Shown here: positions 1-9,857 of the stretch, piece after piece
Layout of the letters: each line of letters opens with the position of its first letter
Position numbering within the stretch: position 1 is the stretch's first letter
Assembly (NCBI GenBank): GCA_963804645.1
Contig: CAWDRG010000009.1
Location: 960,001 to 1,024,000 of the forward strand
Length of the DNA stretch: 64,000 nt
Source: an uncultured Bacillota bacterium
GTDB lineage: Bacteria; Sysuimicrobiota; Sysuimicrobiia; Sysuimicrobiales; Segetimicrobiaceae
Reading direction: 5' to 3'
The notes under the pieces: generated by a model
Told to the model about the DNA's origin: nothing
Database searches by the model: none
The model's input: only the letters and a program-made list of their open reading frames with translations
Translations under genes and position numbers: made by a program

Positions 1-1
1 C

Positions 2-1846
2 TTGCCGAACAGCTGTCCCTACACCAAGGATGGGATCAACGACGCCGTGGTGCAGGGCGCCAGCGACCGCGTCAACCCCGCCGCGACGGGGACGAAGGCG
101 GCGGCGCACTACCGGCTCATGGTCGGAGCGGGAGAGGCGCGGTCGATCTGGCTCCGCCTGTCGGCGCATCGCCTCCCGGCGCCGCTAACGGACGCCCACG
201 AGGTGCTCGCGGAGCGGCGGGCCGAGGCGGACGCGTTCTTCGACATGCTGGCCGTCGCCGACATGTCCGACGACGCCCGCCGCGTGCAGCGGCAGGCATT
301 CGCCGGCCTGGTGTGGAGCAAGCAGTACTACGCGTACAACGTCGCGCACTGGCTCGACGGCGACCCGGCAGGCCCGCCGCCCCCGGCCGAGCGGCGCGGC
401 GGACGCAACGCGGCGTGGCGGCACCTCAACAATTCCGAGGTCCTGTCGATGCCGGACAAGTGGGAGTACCCGTGGTTCGCGTCGTGGGATCTCGCGTTCC
501 ACACGATCCCGCTCGCGCTGGTCGACCCGCAGTTCGCGAAGGATCAGCTCATCCTGCTGCTGCGGGAGTGGTACATGCATCCGAACGGGCAGCTCGCCGC
601 GTACGAGTGGGCGTTCAGCGACGTGAACCCGCCCGTGCACGCGTGGGCCGTCTGGCGCGTCTACAAGATCGAGAAGCGGATCACCGGCCGGAGCGACCGG
701 ATGTTCCTCGAGGCCGCGTTCCACAAGCTGCTGCTTAATTTCACGTGGTGGGTGAACCGGAAGGACGTCGAGGGCCACAACGTGTTTCAGGGCGGCTTCC
801 TCGGGCTCGACAACATCGGCGTGTTCGACCGCAGCAAGCCGCTGCCGGCCGGCGGCCACCTCGAGCAGTCGGACGGGACCGCGTGGATGGGCATGTTCTG
901 CCTGAACATGCTGACGATCGCGCTCGAGCTGGCGCGCGAGAACCGCGTGTACGAGGACGTCGCCACCAAGTTCTTTGAGCACTTTCTCTACATCGCCGGC
1001 GCGCTCAACAACGTCGACGGGGACGGGATCGCGCTGTGGGATGACCAAGACGAGTTTTTCTACGACGTGATGCACCTGCCGGACGGCCGCCGGGAGCGCC
1101 TCGGCGTGCGCTCCCTCGTCGGGCTCATCCCGCTCCTGGCCGTGGAGACGATCGAGCCCGATCTCCTGGAAGCCCTGCCCGGCTTCAAGGCGCGCCTCGA
1201 GTGGTTCCTCGAACACGAGCCGCGCCTCGCGGGGCTCGTCTCCCGGTGGCGGGAGCCCGGCATGGGCGAGCGGCGCCTGCTCGCGCTCCTCCGAGGCCAC
1301 CGCATGAAGCGCGTGCTGCGGCGCATGCTGGACCCCCACGAGTTCCTGAGCGACCACGGCGTGCGCGCGGTGAGCCGGTACCACGCCGATCACCCGTACG
1401 TGCTCCACCTCGACGGGATGGAGCACCGAGTCATGTACGACCCGGCGGAATCCACGAGCGGCCTCTTCGGCGGCAACTCAAACTGGCGGGGTCCGGTCTG
1501 GTTTCCGATCAACTATCTCTTGATCGAGTCCCTGCAGAAGTTTCACCACTACTACGGCGACGATTTCCTCGTTGAGTGCCCGACGCGATCGGGGGAGATG
1601 ATGACGCTGTGGGGCGTGAGTCAGGAGCTGTCGCGCCGGCTCACGCACATCTTCCTGCGCGGCGCGGACGGGCGGCGTCCGGTCTTCGGAGCGAACGAGC
1701 TGTTCCAGCGAGATCCGCGCTGGCGCGATTACGTGCCGTTCTACGAGTACTTTCACGGCGACACGGGGGCGGGGCTGGGGGCGAGCCACCAGACCGGGTG
1801 GACGGCGCTGGTGGCGAAGCTGCTGGATCAGACGGACGGGCGCTAG
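2..1846 (+). CDS. GH63/MGH1-like glycoside hydrolase (glucosidase), 5'-truncated by window edge
   Basis: Motifs [68 protein letters not shown] typical of this family. Confidence 0.9.
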   Translation: MPNSCPYTKDGINDAVVQGASDRVNPAATGTKAAAHYRLMVGAGEARSIWLRLSAHRLPAPLTDAHEVLAERRAEADAFFDMLAVADMSDDARRVQRQAFAGLVWSKQYYAYNVAHWLDGDPAGPPPPAERRGGRNAAWRHLNNSEVLSMPDKWEYPWFASWDLAFHTIPLALVDPQFAKDQLILLLREWYMHPNGQLAAYEWAFSDVNPPVHAWAVWRVYKIEKRITGRSDRMFLEAAFHKLLLNFTWWVNRKDVEGHNVFQGGFLGLDNIGVFDRSKPLPAGGHLEQSDGTAWMGMFCLNMLTIALELARENRVYEDVATKFFEHFLYIAGALNNVDGDGIALWDDQDEFFYDVMHLPDGRRERLGVRSLVGLIPLLAVETIEPDLLEALPGFKARLEWFLEHEPRLAGLVSRWREPGMGERRLLALLRGHRMKRVLRRMLDPHEFLSDHGVRAVSRYHADHPYVLHLDGMEHRVMYDPAESTSGLFGGNSNWRGPVWFPINYLLIESLQKFHHYYGDDFLVECPTRSGEMMTLWGVSQELSRRLTHIFLRGADGRRPVFGANELFQRDPRWRDYVPFYEYFHGDTGAGLGASHQTGWTALVAKLLDQTDGR

Positions 1847-1873
1847 CGCCGCGGCCGCGGTGCCTCGGTCGTC

Positions 1874-2128
1874 CTACGCGGTGTGGCGGCGGGTCGGCGC
1901 GTGCTCGTGTGATCCGGCGGCGGCCATCATCGCCCGGCGGACCAGGTGCTCGAGCGGGCGGTCCGGCTCCCGGTCGGCGCGCTTGGCCTCCCGGTAGCAG
2001 TCGACGCAGAGCGCGGTCCCGCGGTACCGGATCGCCAGTCCCTCGTCGCAGCCGCAGGCCTGGCACGTCGTCTCACGGTAGAGCGGCAGCTCGGTGAAGC
2101 TCCGGATCATGGCGCTGGCGCGGTGCAT
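1874..2128 (-). CDS. Small hypothetical protein (84 aa) with CxxC...CxxC, possible Zn finger
   Basis: GGAGG RBS before ATG at 2128; CQAC-GC...LCVDC. Confidence 0.55.
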   Translation of the reverse strand: MHRASAMIRSFTELPLYRETTCQACGCDEGLAIRYRGTALCVDCYREAKRADREPDRPLEHLVRRAMMAAAGSHEHAPTRRHTA

Positions 2129-2157
2129 CACAGTCCTCCCTGGATCATCATGCCGGC

Positions 2158-2364
2158 TCACGCCGGGACGGGCTCGGGCTCCAACTCGACCGCGGGGGCC
2201 GCGGCCGCGGGTACCATGACCGGAATCTCGGTCATCAGAACGGGAGAGGCGTGCTGATCGAACCCGGCCGTGTGCTTGAGGCAGTACGCGGACACGACCT
2301 CGTCCCCGTACCGCGGCGCGATTTCGGCTTCGATCCCGCACTCCGAGCAGACGAACCGCTGCAT
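2158..2364 (-). CDS. Small hypothetical protein (68 aa) with CxxC...CxxH, possible Zn ribbon
   Basis: MQRFVCSECG...YCLKH; directly upstream and co-oriented with the previous small ORF. Confidence 0.55.
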   Translation of the reverse strand: MQRFVCSECGIEAEIAPRYGDEVVSAYCLKHTAGFDQHASPVLMTEIPVMVPAAAAPAVELEPEPVPA

Positions 2365-2673
2365 CGTCGATCGCCCGACCTTTCCAGCTTCGCGCGTCTT
2401 ATCGAACGCGAGCCCTTTTACTTCTGAAGACGCCCCGATCGGCGCCCTGTCTCACGCGCGACCCGCACCTCAGTTTTACCCAACACGGCGGACCGGCTCA
2501 ATGGGCTTTTCGTCCGCGGTCCTGGTACCAAAGACGGAGCGGACCGGGCCGCGGTTCCCTGCCGGTGCGGGGGGGCCGCGGCCCCTGGCGGAGTTGCGGG
2601 GCCGCCGGGCGAAGATCTACAGGCGTGGAACACCGGGGTCGCGGCCCTGAGACGAATGGCCTAGGGGGACGGC

Positions 2674-3510
2674 GTGAAAGTGTACATCGCGACCGACATG
2701 GAAGGGATTTCCGGCATCGTCGACCGGGGTCAGATCTCGCCCCCGGGCCTCGACCTCGCGCGCGGGCGCCAGTTCCTCACCGACGACACCAACGCGGCGA
2801 TCCGCGGGGCGCTCGCGGCGGGGGCGAGCGAGGTGGTCGTGTCGGGCGGCCACGGCGGCAACGGCATGCGCAACATCATCGACGAGCGGCTGCACGAGGC
2901 GGCGTGGCTGATCAGCGGCGACAGCCGCCCGTCGATGATGGAGGGGCTCGACGGGAGCTTCGCCGCGGTGGTGCTGATCGGGTACCATTCGCGCCACGGC
3001 CGCAGCGGCGTGCTCGACCACACGATCACCGCGCGCGACATCTACGAGATCCGGATCGAGGGGCGGCCGATCGGCGAGATCGGGCTCGGCGGACTCGCCG
3101 CCGGCCGCCACGGGGTGCCGGTGGCGCTGGTCAGCGGCGACGACCGCCTCGTCGGAGAGACGCAGGAGTGGTTCCCGTGGGCGGTGCCGGTCGTGGTCAA
3201 GTACGCGATCGGCCGCCACGCGGCGCGGTGCATGCATCCCCGGAGGGCACAGGAGCTCATCGAGCGGTCGACCGCCGACGCCCTCGGACGGCTCGCGATG
3301 ATGGCGCCGCTCGTCCTGCCGCCGCCGCTCGCCGTGGAGGTGCAGTTCAAGCGCACGTCCCACGCGGACGAAGCGATGCGCGCGGCCGGCGCCGCGCGCG
3401 TCGACGGCTGCACGGTCGGCACGAGCGCCCCGGACGTCGAGACCGCGCTGCAGTTCGTGCAGACGTGCATCAAGCTCGGGGCGACGGCGCAGAACGCGCC
3501 GATGCGGTAA
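2674..3510 (+). CDS. dppA: M55 family D-aminopeptidase (DppA-like), copy 1
   Basis: MKVYIATDMEG, GH, GYH, LDHT, IGE, VSGD, VK motifs. Confidence 0.9.
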   Translation: MKVYIATDMEGISGIVDRGQISPPGLDLARGRQFLTDDTNAAIRGALAAGASEVVVSGGHGGNGMRNIIDERLHEAAWLISGDSRPSMMEGLDGSFAAVVLIGYHSRHGRSGVLDHTITARDIYEIRIEGRPIGEIGLGGLAAGRHGVPVALVSGDDRLVGETQEWFPWAVPVVVKYAIGRHAARCMHPRRAQELIERSTADALGRLAMMAPLVLPPPLAVEVQFKRTSHADEAMRAAGAARVDGCTVGTSAPDVETALQFVQTCIKLGATAQNAPMR

Positions 3511-3521
3511 GGGGGGACGTC

Positions 3522-4388
3522 GTGAAAGTCTACATCTCGGTGGACGTCGAGGGCGTGGCGGGAATCGTTGATCAGGCGCAGGGCTCGGCCCCGGGGCTGG
3601 ACTACGCGCGCGGGCGGCGCCTCATGACCCGGGAGGCGGCGGCGGCCGTGCGCGGCGCGCTGGCCGCGGGCGCCACCGAGGTCTGGGTGTCCGACGGGCA
3701 CGGCGCGAACGGGATGCGGAACATCCTGATCGAGGACCTGCCCCCCGACTGCTGGCTGATCAGCGGCGACGGCCGGCCGATGGGCCAGGTGGAAGGCCTG
3801 GACGGCTCGTTCGATGCCCTGGCGCTCGTCGGGTACCACACCCGGCACGGGGTCTCCGGCGTCCTGGATCACACCATCAACGGCCGCGTCGTCTATGATC
3901 TCACCCTGAACGGGCAGCCGGTGGGCGAGGCGGAGCTCAACGCGGCCGTGGCCGGGCATCTCGGGGTGCCCGTCGTCTTCGTGTCCGGCGATCACGCGCT
4001 GATCCGCGAGGTCGGGATGAGCCTGCCGTGGGCCGAGGGGGTGGCGGTGAAGGAGGCGATCGGGCGGCACGCCAGCCGGGCGATGCATCCCGAGCGCGCC
4101 TGCCGCGCGATCGAGGACGGGGTCGCGCGCGCGCTCGGCCGCACCGGGCAGGCGCGCCTCTACGAGATCGGGACGCCGGTCGTTTCCGACCTGACGTTCA
4201 AGTACACTACGATGGCGGATTCCGCCGCCCGGCTCCCGGGCGCGGAACGGCGCAGCGACCTCACGATCCGCCTCACGGCGCCGGACGCCGTGGCGGCGTT
4301 TCCGCTGATCATGGCGGCGATCCACCTCGGCGGGTTCTCGATGGCCGCGCCGATGAAGCTCGGCGGCGGGGGCGCGCCGGGCACGTAG
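3522..4388 (+). CDS. dppA: M55 family D-aminopeptidase (DppA-like), copy 2
   Basis: GTG at 3522 after GGGGGG; VKVYISVDVEG, DGHG, GYH, LDHT, GEAELNA, VSGD. Confidence 0.9.
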   Translation: MKVYISVDVEGVAGIVDQAQGSAPGLDYARGRRLMTREAAAAVRGALAAGATEVWVSDGHGANGMRNILIEDLPPDCWLISGDGRPMGQVEGLDGSFDALALVGYHTRHGVSGVLDHTINGRVVYDLTLNGQPVGEAELNAAVAGHLGVPVVFVSGDHALIREVGMSLPWAEGVAVKEAIGRHASRAMHPERACRAIEDGVARALGRTGQARLYEIGTPVVSDLTFKYTTMADSAARLPGAERRSDLTIRLTAPDAVAAFPLIMAAIHLGGFSMAAPMKLGGGGAPGT

Positions 4389-4457
4389 CGCGCGGGCCGG
4401 CGGGGGTCCCCGGCCGTCCCCGGATCGGATGTCCACGGCTTCGACAGGAGGTGCGGC

Positions 4458-5675
4458 ATGGCGGAGTTGAGCGCGGAGTCGATCGCGGATCTGAAGCGGC
4501 GCGCGTGCGGCCGGATCGACGAGATGGGGCCGGCGCTGATCGCGGTCTCCAAGAAGATCTGGGAGACGCCCGAGCTCGGGTTTCAGGAGCAGCAGGCGGT
4601 GCGGTGGCTCGCGCCGCTCCTCGAGCAGTCCGGGTACGCGGTCGAGACGGGCGTCGGCGGCCTCGACACCGCCTTCACGGCCCGGAGATCGGGCGCGGCC
4701 CCGGGCCCCACGGTGGGCGTGTTCAGCGAGTACGACGCGCTGCCGGAGCTCGGCCACGGCTGCGGCCACAACCTGCTCGCGATCTCCGGGGTCGGGGCGG
4801 GGATCGGGCTCGCGGCCGTGCTCGCGGAGCTGCCCGGGACCGTCCGGGTGCACGGCACCCCCGCCGAGGAGGGCGGGTCGGGCAAGACCCTGCTGCTCCG
4901 GGAGGGCGCGTTCGACGGGCTCGACTTCGCGCTGATCTTCCACCCGAGCGCGGACGCGAACGTGCTCGAGCGGATGCGGACGGGCCAGGGGCTGATGTTC
5001 ACGTTCACCGGAAAGCACGCCCACGCTGCGTCGAACCCGGATCTGGCGATCGACGCGCTGAACGGCGTCATCGCGCTGTTCAACAACGTGAACCTGCTCC
5101 GCCAGCATTTCCGGCCAGACGTCAGCGTGACGGGCAGCATCCCGGACGGCGGCGGCCGGCGCGCGTTTCCCGTGACCGCGACCGCGCGCATCGTGGTGCG
5201 GGTGTTCGAGGGCGAGACCGACTTCGTCGCGCTCCGGGAGATGGTCGTCAACTGCGCCCGGGGCGCCGCGCTCGCGACGCGCACCGGGCTGCGGATCGAG
5301 TACGGCAACCTCGAGCGCGGCATGAAGCTGAACGATGCCGTGACGGCGCTGGCTGCGGAGAACGCCGCGCGCCTCGGGATCGATCTCGGACGCCGCCGGA
5401 CGACCGGCGGCATGTCGGACTTCGGCAACGTCTCGCACGTGGTGCCCGCGACCCACTTCAGCACCGCGACGTGGCCGGCCGGGGTCACCGCGCACACGCC
5501 CGAGGCGGTGGCGGCGAGCTGCCAGCCGGAGGCGTTCGCCGCCGCGCTCGCGGCGGCCAAGATCGAAGCGATGACCGCGATCGACCTGCTGGCCCGGCCG
5601 GAGGCGGCGGCGCGGGCACGCCAGGAGTTCCGCGACCGGGACACGGGCACCATTCCCGTGAACCCGGACGCCTAA
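4458..5675 (+). CDS. M20 family amidohydrolase (PM20D2/ACY1L2-like)
   Basis: PELGFQE, EYDALPELGHGCGHN, PAEEGG, SDFGNVS; AGGAGG RBS. Confidence 0.88.
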   Translation: MAELSAESIADLKRRACGRIDEMGPALIAVSKKIWETPELGFQEQQAVRWLAPLLEQSGYAVETGVGGLDTAFTARRSGAAPGPTVGVFSEYDALPELGHGCGHNLLAISGVGAGIGLAAVLAELPGTVRVHGTPAEEGGSGKTLLLREGAFDGLDFALIFHPSADANVLERMRTGQGLMFTFTGKHAHAASNPDLAIDALNGVIALFNNVNLLRQHFRPDVSVTGSIPDGGGRRAFPVTATARIVVRVFEGETDFVALREMVVNCARGAALATRTGLRIEYGNLERGMKLNDAVTALAAENAARLGIDLGRRRTTGGMSDFGNVSHVVPATHFSTATWPAGVTAHTPEAVAASCQPEAFAAALAAAKIEAMTAIDLLARPEAAARARQEFRDRDTGTIPVNPDA

Positions 5676-5769
5676 CTGTGCGTGTAGGAGGGAGGACGCG
5701 GCCGCAAGGATTCGTGCGTCCGTCGCGAATTGTGAGGGACAGCGACACGATTCAGGAGGTGGCGGACGG

Positions 5770-7437
5770 ATGAGGCATTCGAGCACGCAAGAGAATGCGC
5801 GCGCGCGCTCGCGCGGGCGGCTGTCGCGGCGCGAGCTGCTGCGGCTCGCGGCCGCGGGCGGTGCCGCGGCGTCGTTCGGACGGATCTTCGGGGGTCCGGC
5901 CGGCGCGCGGGCCGCGGCGGCCGCGCAGGGCGGGGAGCTGACCTACGGCCTGACGAACCGCTTCGACACGCTGGATCCGAACGTCACCACGTTCTCCGAC
6001 GTCGGGCGCATGTCGTACCAGCTCTTCGACCCGCTGGTCTGGGAGTCGAAGCCGGGCGTGTTCGTCCCGGGGCTCGCCGAGCGGTGGGAGGTCAACGCGG
6101 CCGTCGATCAGTACACGTTCCACCTGCGGCGCGACGTCAAGTTTCACGACGGCACCCCGTTCACCGCGGACGCCGTGAAGTTCACGTTCGACCGCATCGT
6201 CGACCCGACCCTCAAGTCGCAGAGCGCGTTCTCGGTGATCGGACCGTACGACAGCAGCACCGTCGTGGATCCGTACACGGTTGTCGTCAAGTTCAAGACG
6301 CCCTACGCGCCGTTCCTCAGCTCCGTGGCGCAGTCGGTGCTGTCCCCGGTGTCGCCGGCGGCGGTGCAGAAGTACGGGAAGGACTTTGGCACCCACCCGG
6401 TCGGGACCGGGCCGTTCAAGTTCGACTCGTACCAGACCGACAGCGTCGTGCGGATGGTGCGGAACCCCGACTACCGGTGGGCGCCCTCGTTCTTCAAGCA
6501 CCAGGGGCCCCCGGCCCTCGATGCGATCAGCTTTCGGATCATCCCGGAGCCGGCTACGCGTCTGGCCGCGCTCAAGTCCGGCGAGGCGCAGGTGATCCAG
6601 GACGTGCCGACGCAGGAGTACGCTGGGCTCCAGCACGACAGCTCGGTCCAGCTGCTGCAGGGCCCGCTCGCCGGATCGGGGTTCACCATGATGATCAACG
6701 TGACCAAGGCGCCGACCGACGACGTGCGGGTGCGCCAGGCGCTGGAATGGGGCATCGACAAGACCGCGCTGATCAAGGTGGTGTGGCAGGGCGTGTACCA
6801 GCCCGCGAGCAGCGTGATCAGCTCCACGCTCTTCGGCTACGATCCCGCGACCCGGAACGTCTACCACTACGATCCGAAGAAGGCCGGATCGCTCCTCGAC
6901 GAGGCGGGCTGGAAGATGGGCCCCTCCGGCGTCCGGCAGAAGGGGTCGCAGGACCTCGTCCTGGAGATGTACTACCGGTCGGACGACTCGGATTTTGTCG
7001 GGATGGCGACGTTCATGCAGGCCATCTACGGCCAGATCGGGATCAAGATCGATCTGCAGGGGCTCTCCCAGGCCGGCTACTTCAACGCCGTCCGGGCGGG
7101 CCAGCACAACCTGCAGTTCTGGTGGGAGACCGCGGCCGATCCGGACGTGGTGCGGATTCTCCTGTACTCGAAGAACGCCGACGGCGGGACCAACCGGAAC
7201 CGCTACAAGAACGCCGACATGGACCATTTGATCGACCAGGCAGCGGCGACGACGAACCCGGTGCAGCGGAAGCAGCTGTACGCGGAGATCCAGATGAAGA
7301 CGCTGCAAGAGGCGATCATGGTGCCGATCTCGGACCCGCTGAATATCTTCGCCTACGGGAAGGCCAGGGCCACCGGCCCGCTGCTTGACTGGTCCTCGAC
7401 GGATCTGCTGCTGTACGACGCCCAGCTCCTGAAATAA
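5770..7437 (+). CDS. ABC transporter substrate-binding protein, family 5 (peptide/nickel), Tat signal
   Basis: SRRELL twin-arginine motif; PGLAERWEV, FHLRRDVKFHDGTPFTADAVKFTFDR, PVGTGPF. Confidence 0.92.
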   Translation: MRHSSTQENARARSRGRLSRRELLRLAAAGGAAASFGRIFGGPAGARAAAAAQGGELTYGLTNRFDTLDPNVTTFSDVGRMSYQLFDPLVWESKPGVFVPGLAERWEVNAAVDQYTFHLRRDVKFHDGTPFTADAVKFTFDRIVDPTLKSQSAFSVIGPYDSSTVVDPYTVVVKFKTPYAPFLSSVAQSVLSPVSPAAVQKYGKDFGTHPVGTGPFKFDSYQTDSVVRMVRNPDYRWAPSFFKHQGPPALDAISFRIIPEPATRLAALKSGEAQVIQDVPTQEYAGLQHDSSVQLLQGPLAGSGFTMMINVTKAPTDDVRVRQALEWGIDKTALIKVVWQGVYQPASSVISSTLFGYDPATRNVYHYDPKKAGSLLDEAGWKMGPSGVRQKGSQDLVLEMYYRSDDSDFVGMATFMQAIYGQIGIKIDLQGLSQAGYFNAVRAGQHNLQFWWETAADPDVVRILLYSKNADGGTNRNRYKNADMDHLIDQAAATTNPVQRKQLYAEIQMKTLQEAIMVPISDPLNIFAYGKARATGPLLDWSSTDLLLYDAQLLK

Positions 7438-7657
7438 CGCTTCGCCCGAGCAGGATGCAGGACCGTGGGGGCTGGCGCGCGCCGGCCCCCGCGGTGTCTC
7501 CCTCGCGACCCCGGTCCTCCGAGCGCCTTCCCGCCGGCCTCACGATCTTCTCGAGATCCCAATTGGCCGTTCACAGGATCTCCACCCGGCCCGGGTATCC
7601 TATAGGTGGAGGCGGGAAGGCAGAATTTAGCCCCCGCCAGAAAGAGAGGGACGGACG

Positions 7658-8218
7658 ATGCGTACACTCACGGCGGCAGCGGCGGTAGTCATGATGGTGG
7701 GGGTGGCGTGTCTTGGCTTCGCGGGCATCGGCGACGCCCAAACGACTGGACTGCAGGTACAGGGGACCCTGGCGGGAGTCAACTGTCAGACCGGGCAAGT
7801 GGTCCTGAACACCTCGGGCGGCCAGACGACCCTGGATGCGACGGACCAGTCCGCGGTGGACCTGAACGGATCGCCGATCGCGCTGTGCTCGCTCGCGTCC
7901 TATACGGGGGCGGCTGTGACCGCGACCGTAGTCCCTAGCAACAACGAGTTCGTGCTGGGTCAGCTCAACGTGACCGCGCAGGCGGCCGCCGCTCCGGCCC
8001 CGGCGACCGTGTCCAGCGGCTCGTCGGTCCTCGGCATCGCGCTTGGCGCGCTCGCGATCGGCGCGCTCGCGTACATGATCGGCAGGAGCTCGGCGCCGGC
8101 TCCGCAGCCCGTGCCGGCGTACAACAACAACGGCTACAACAACAATAATAACTACCGTGGCCAGAGCCAGCGCTGCCCGAACAACAACAATAACAACAAC
8201 CAGTATTGCCACCGGTAG
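7658..8218 (+). CDS. Hypothetical exported/membrane protein with Asn-rich C-terminal tail
   Basis: N-terminal signal peptide, beta-rich domain with 2 Cys, Ala/Pro linker, hydrophobic helix, then YNNNGYNNNNNY...CPNNNNNNNQYC; GAGGG RBS. Confidence 0.75.
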   Translation: MRTLTAAAAVVMMVGVACLGFAGIGDAQTTGLQVQGTLAGVNCQTGQVVLNTSGGQTTLDATDQSAVDLNGSPIALCSLASYTGAAVTATVVPSNNEFVLGQLNVTAQAAAAPAPATVSSGSSVLGIALGALAIGALAYMIGRSSAPAPQPVPAYNNNGYNNNNNYRGQSQRCPNNNNNNNQYCHR

Positions 8219-8253
8219 CAGCGGAACCTTCGGCCGCAGCCGGATGGTGACGA

Positions 8254-8285
8254 GCGAGCCGCGGGGCAGCAACCCCGCGGCTCGC
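8254..8285. terminator. 13-bp perfect hairpin between convergent genes (terminator-like, no U-tract)
   Basis: gcgagccgcgggg-cagcaa-ccccgcggctcgc between stops at 8218 and 8308. Confidence 0.5.
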
Positions 8286-8307
8286 GGCGTTGCGGAGGCC
8301 GCACGCC

Positions 8308-8787
8308 TTACCCGGGGCGCGCGGCCTCCGCGTCGATGTCCACCGTGTCGGCATCCGGCCCGTCGTCCAGGCCCGCGAGCACGATGAGGCAGAGCACGAA
8401 CACCAGCACGTGCACGGCCGTGCACCACAGACAGATGGACCCGACCAGGAAGAGCTCAGCGTAGACGAGGTAGAACACGAACGCCAACCCCGCGAGCGCC
8501 CACGCCGCGCGGAGGGTGCTCGCCGGGCCGCTGCCGCGGGCGGCCGCGAGGCCGGCGAGCGCCGCGAACCACACGAGGCCGAGGATGGGCACCGGCACCG
8601 GCCCGACCGTCGACTGGGGGCTCGAGGTCACGCGCTCGCAGTTGATGACGCCCACGGTCGGACACGCCAGCACGACGCCCTGCGTGAAGTGCGCCGCGGT
8701 CAAATAGGCGGAGATCCCGATCCCGAGCACGCACAGCACGTACACGGCCGGCCGCTTCCACGCGCCGGTGCGCGGCACAGCGCTCAC
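8308..8787 (-). CDS. Vitamin K epoxide reductase (VKOR) family protein
   Basis: Loop Cys pair ACP...NCERVTSSPQS; active-site CLWC near C-terminus; multiple TM helices. Confidence 0.9.
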   Translation of the reverse strand: MSAVPRTGAWKRPAVYVLCVLGIGISAYLTAAHFTQGVVLACPTVGVINCERVTSSPQSTVGPVPVPILGLVWFAALAGLAAARGSGPASTLRAAWALAGLAFVFYLVYAELFLVGSICLWCTAVHVLVFVLCLIVLAGLDDGPDADTVDIDAEAARPG

Positions 8788-8797
8788 GGGACGATCG

Positions 8798-9702
8798 TCA
8801 GTGCGCCGCCGTGAGGGTGGTGTGCTCGATCAGCTGAATCGCCGGGATCCCGCACACGGCGGCGGGTTTGTTCGAGGTCGCGATGCAGATCGCGCCGGTC
8901 AGGACGTCCGCCGTCCCGATGATCCCGCGCGCCTCGGGGGTCGTCGGGTCCGAGAGGCGGGCGGCGATCGCCGTCCAGGACTTGCCCGTGAGGAGGTCCG
9001 GCGGGAAGGTCGCTCCCGAGAACACGAACTGGTTCGCGATGTCAAGGAACGGGATCGATCCGGCCGCGTCGGCCGGCACGTACGGCGGCGCGTCATACGT
9101 TTGCAGCAGCGCGACCTCGCTCGCGTCGGGCGTCTCGAGGGGCGCGTACTGGCCGTTCACCTTGGTGTTGGTCTGCATCTCCACCGCCGTGAAGTCGACG
9201 TACTGGCTGTGGTACGTCGCCCCGTGGAACGTAAACGTGGCCGTGCCCGGGAAGATGTCGTCCGTGGCGGAGTGGCTCAGGCCCAGATTCTCAAAGTGGC
9301 CGAAGCGGTTCAGCGCGATGACGACCCCCCAGCGCTCCGCCGCGCAGAACGGGCAGTACTCCGCGCCCATGTACACGATGCGCGGCAGCCCGGATTTCCC
9401 GACAAGCGCGGGGCCTTTGATGTGCGCGAAGGTGCCCTGCGCCGAGCCCGCCCCGACCGCACCCACCTCCGAGATCGGGAGCGACTCCAGGGTGGTCATG
9501 AGCGCCGGGGGCACCGGGCCGGTCGCCATGGCCGCCGCGCTGCCCTGGTTGAGGAACTTGACCGCCACCATGATGGCGATGACCACGACCGCCCCGATGC
9601 CGACGAGCAGCGCGATGGGCGGCCCCTTCCGGGGGGCGCCGCCTTCGCGGCGCCTCGAGCATTCGTTCGGTCCTGCTTGGGTGTCTCGGCACGCTTCGTC
9701 AT
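8798..9702 (-). CDS. DUF929 thioredoxin-fold membrane-anchored protein (CPFC); apparent 1-nt frameshift at G-run 9631-9636
   Basis: YMGAEYCPFCAAERW, SIPFLDIAN; adding one base joins MTKRAET...AAPP to RKGPPIALLVGIGAVVVIAIM (TM anchor). Confidence 0.8.
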
Positions 9703-9708
9703 GCCCCC

Positions 9709-9737
9709 ATTATACGTGGTCGCGCGCGCAAGGTCAT
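9709..9737 (-). promoter_or_regulatory. sigma70-like promoter, possibly leaderless transcript for DUF929-VKOR operon
   Basis: Minus strand ATGACC-N17-TATAAT, 6 nt before ATG at 9702. Confidence 0.55.
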
Positions 9738-9857
9738 CGTCGCGGGCCGCCCGGGCCCGAGGAATGTTCCCGGCTCTCCTGGAAGGAGCACCGCGTTCCC
9801 CACGCGGCCGGCGCCGGGGTATGTCCGCCGCCGGGGCGCGGAGAGCGGGAGAGACCG

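Noticed and set aside
1874..2364. Small Cys-containing ORFs as YcaO precursor peptides
   Set aside because: More than 60 kb from YcaO, and Cys spacing fits metal binding rather than a leader/core layout.
2565..3521. N-terminal extension making the second M55 a 607-aa protein
   Set aside because: It overlaps the first M55 gene in another frame; the real start is GTG 3522.
3042..5786. Long antisense/alternate-frame ORFs (914 aa here; also 8768-10972, 49755-51968, 57159-59147 and others)
   Set aside because: Arg/Ala/Pro-rich shadows of real genes, expected in very GC-rich DNA; no motifs or RBS.
8120..8200. AAC tandem repeats as CRISPR or noncoding repeat
   Set aside because: They are in-frame Asn codons within a CDS; no repeat-spacer structure and no cas genes.
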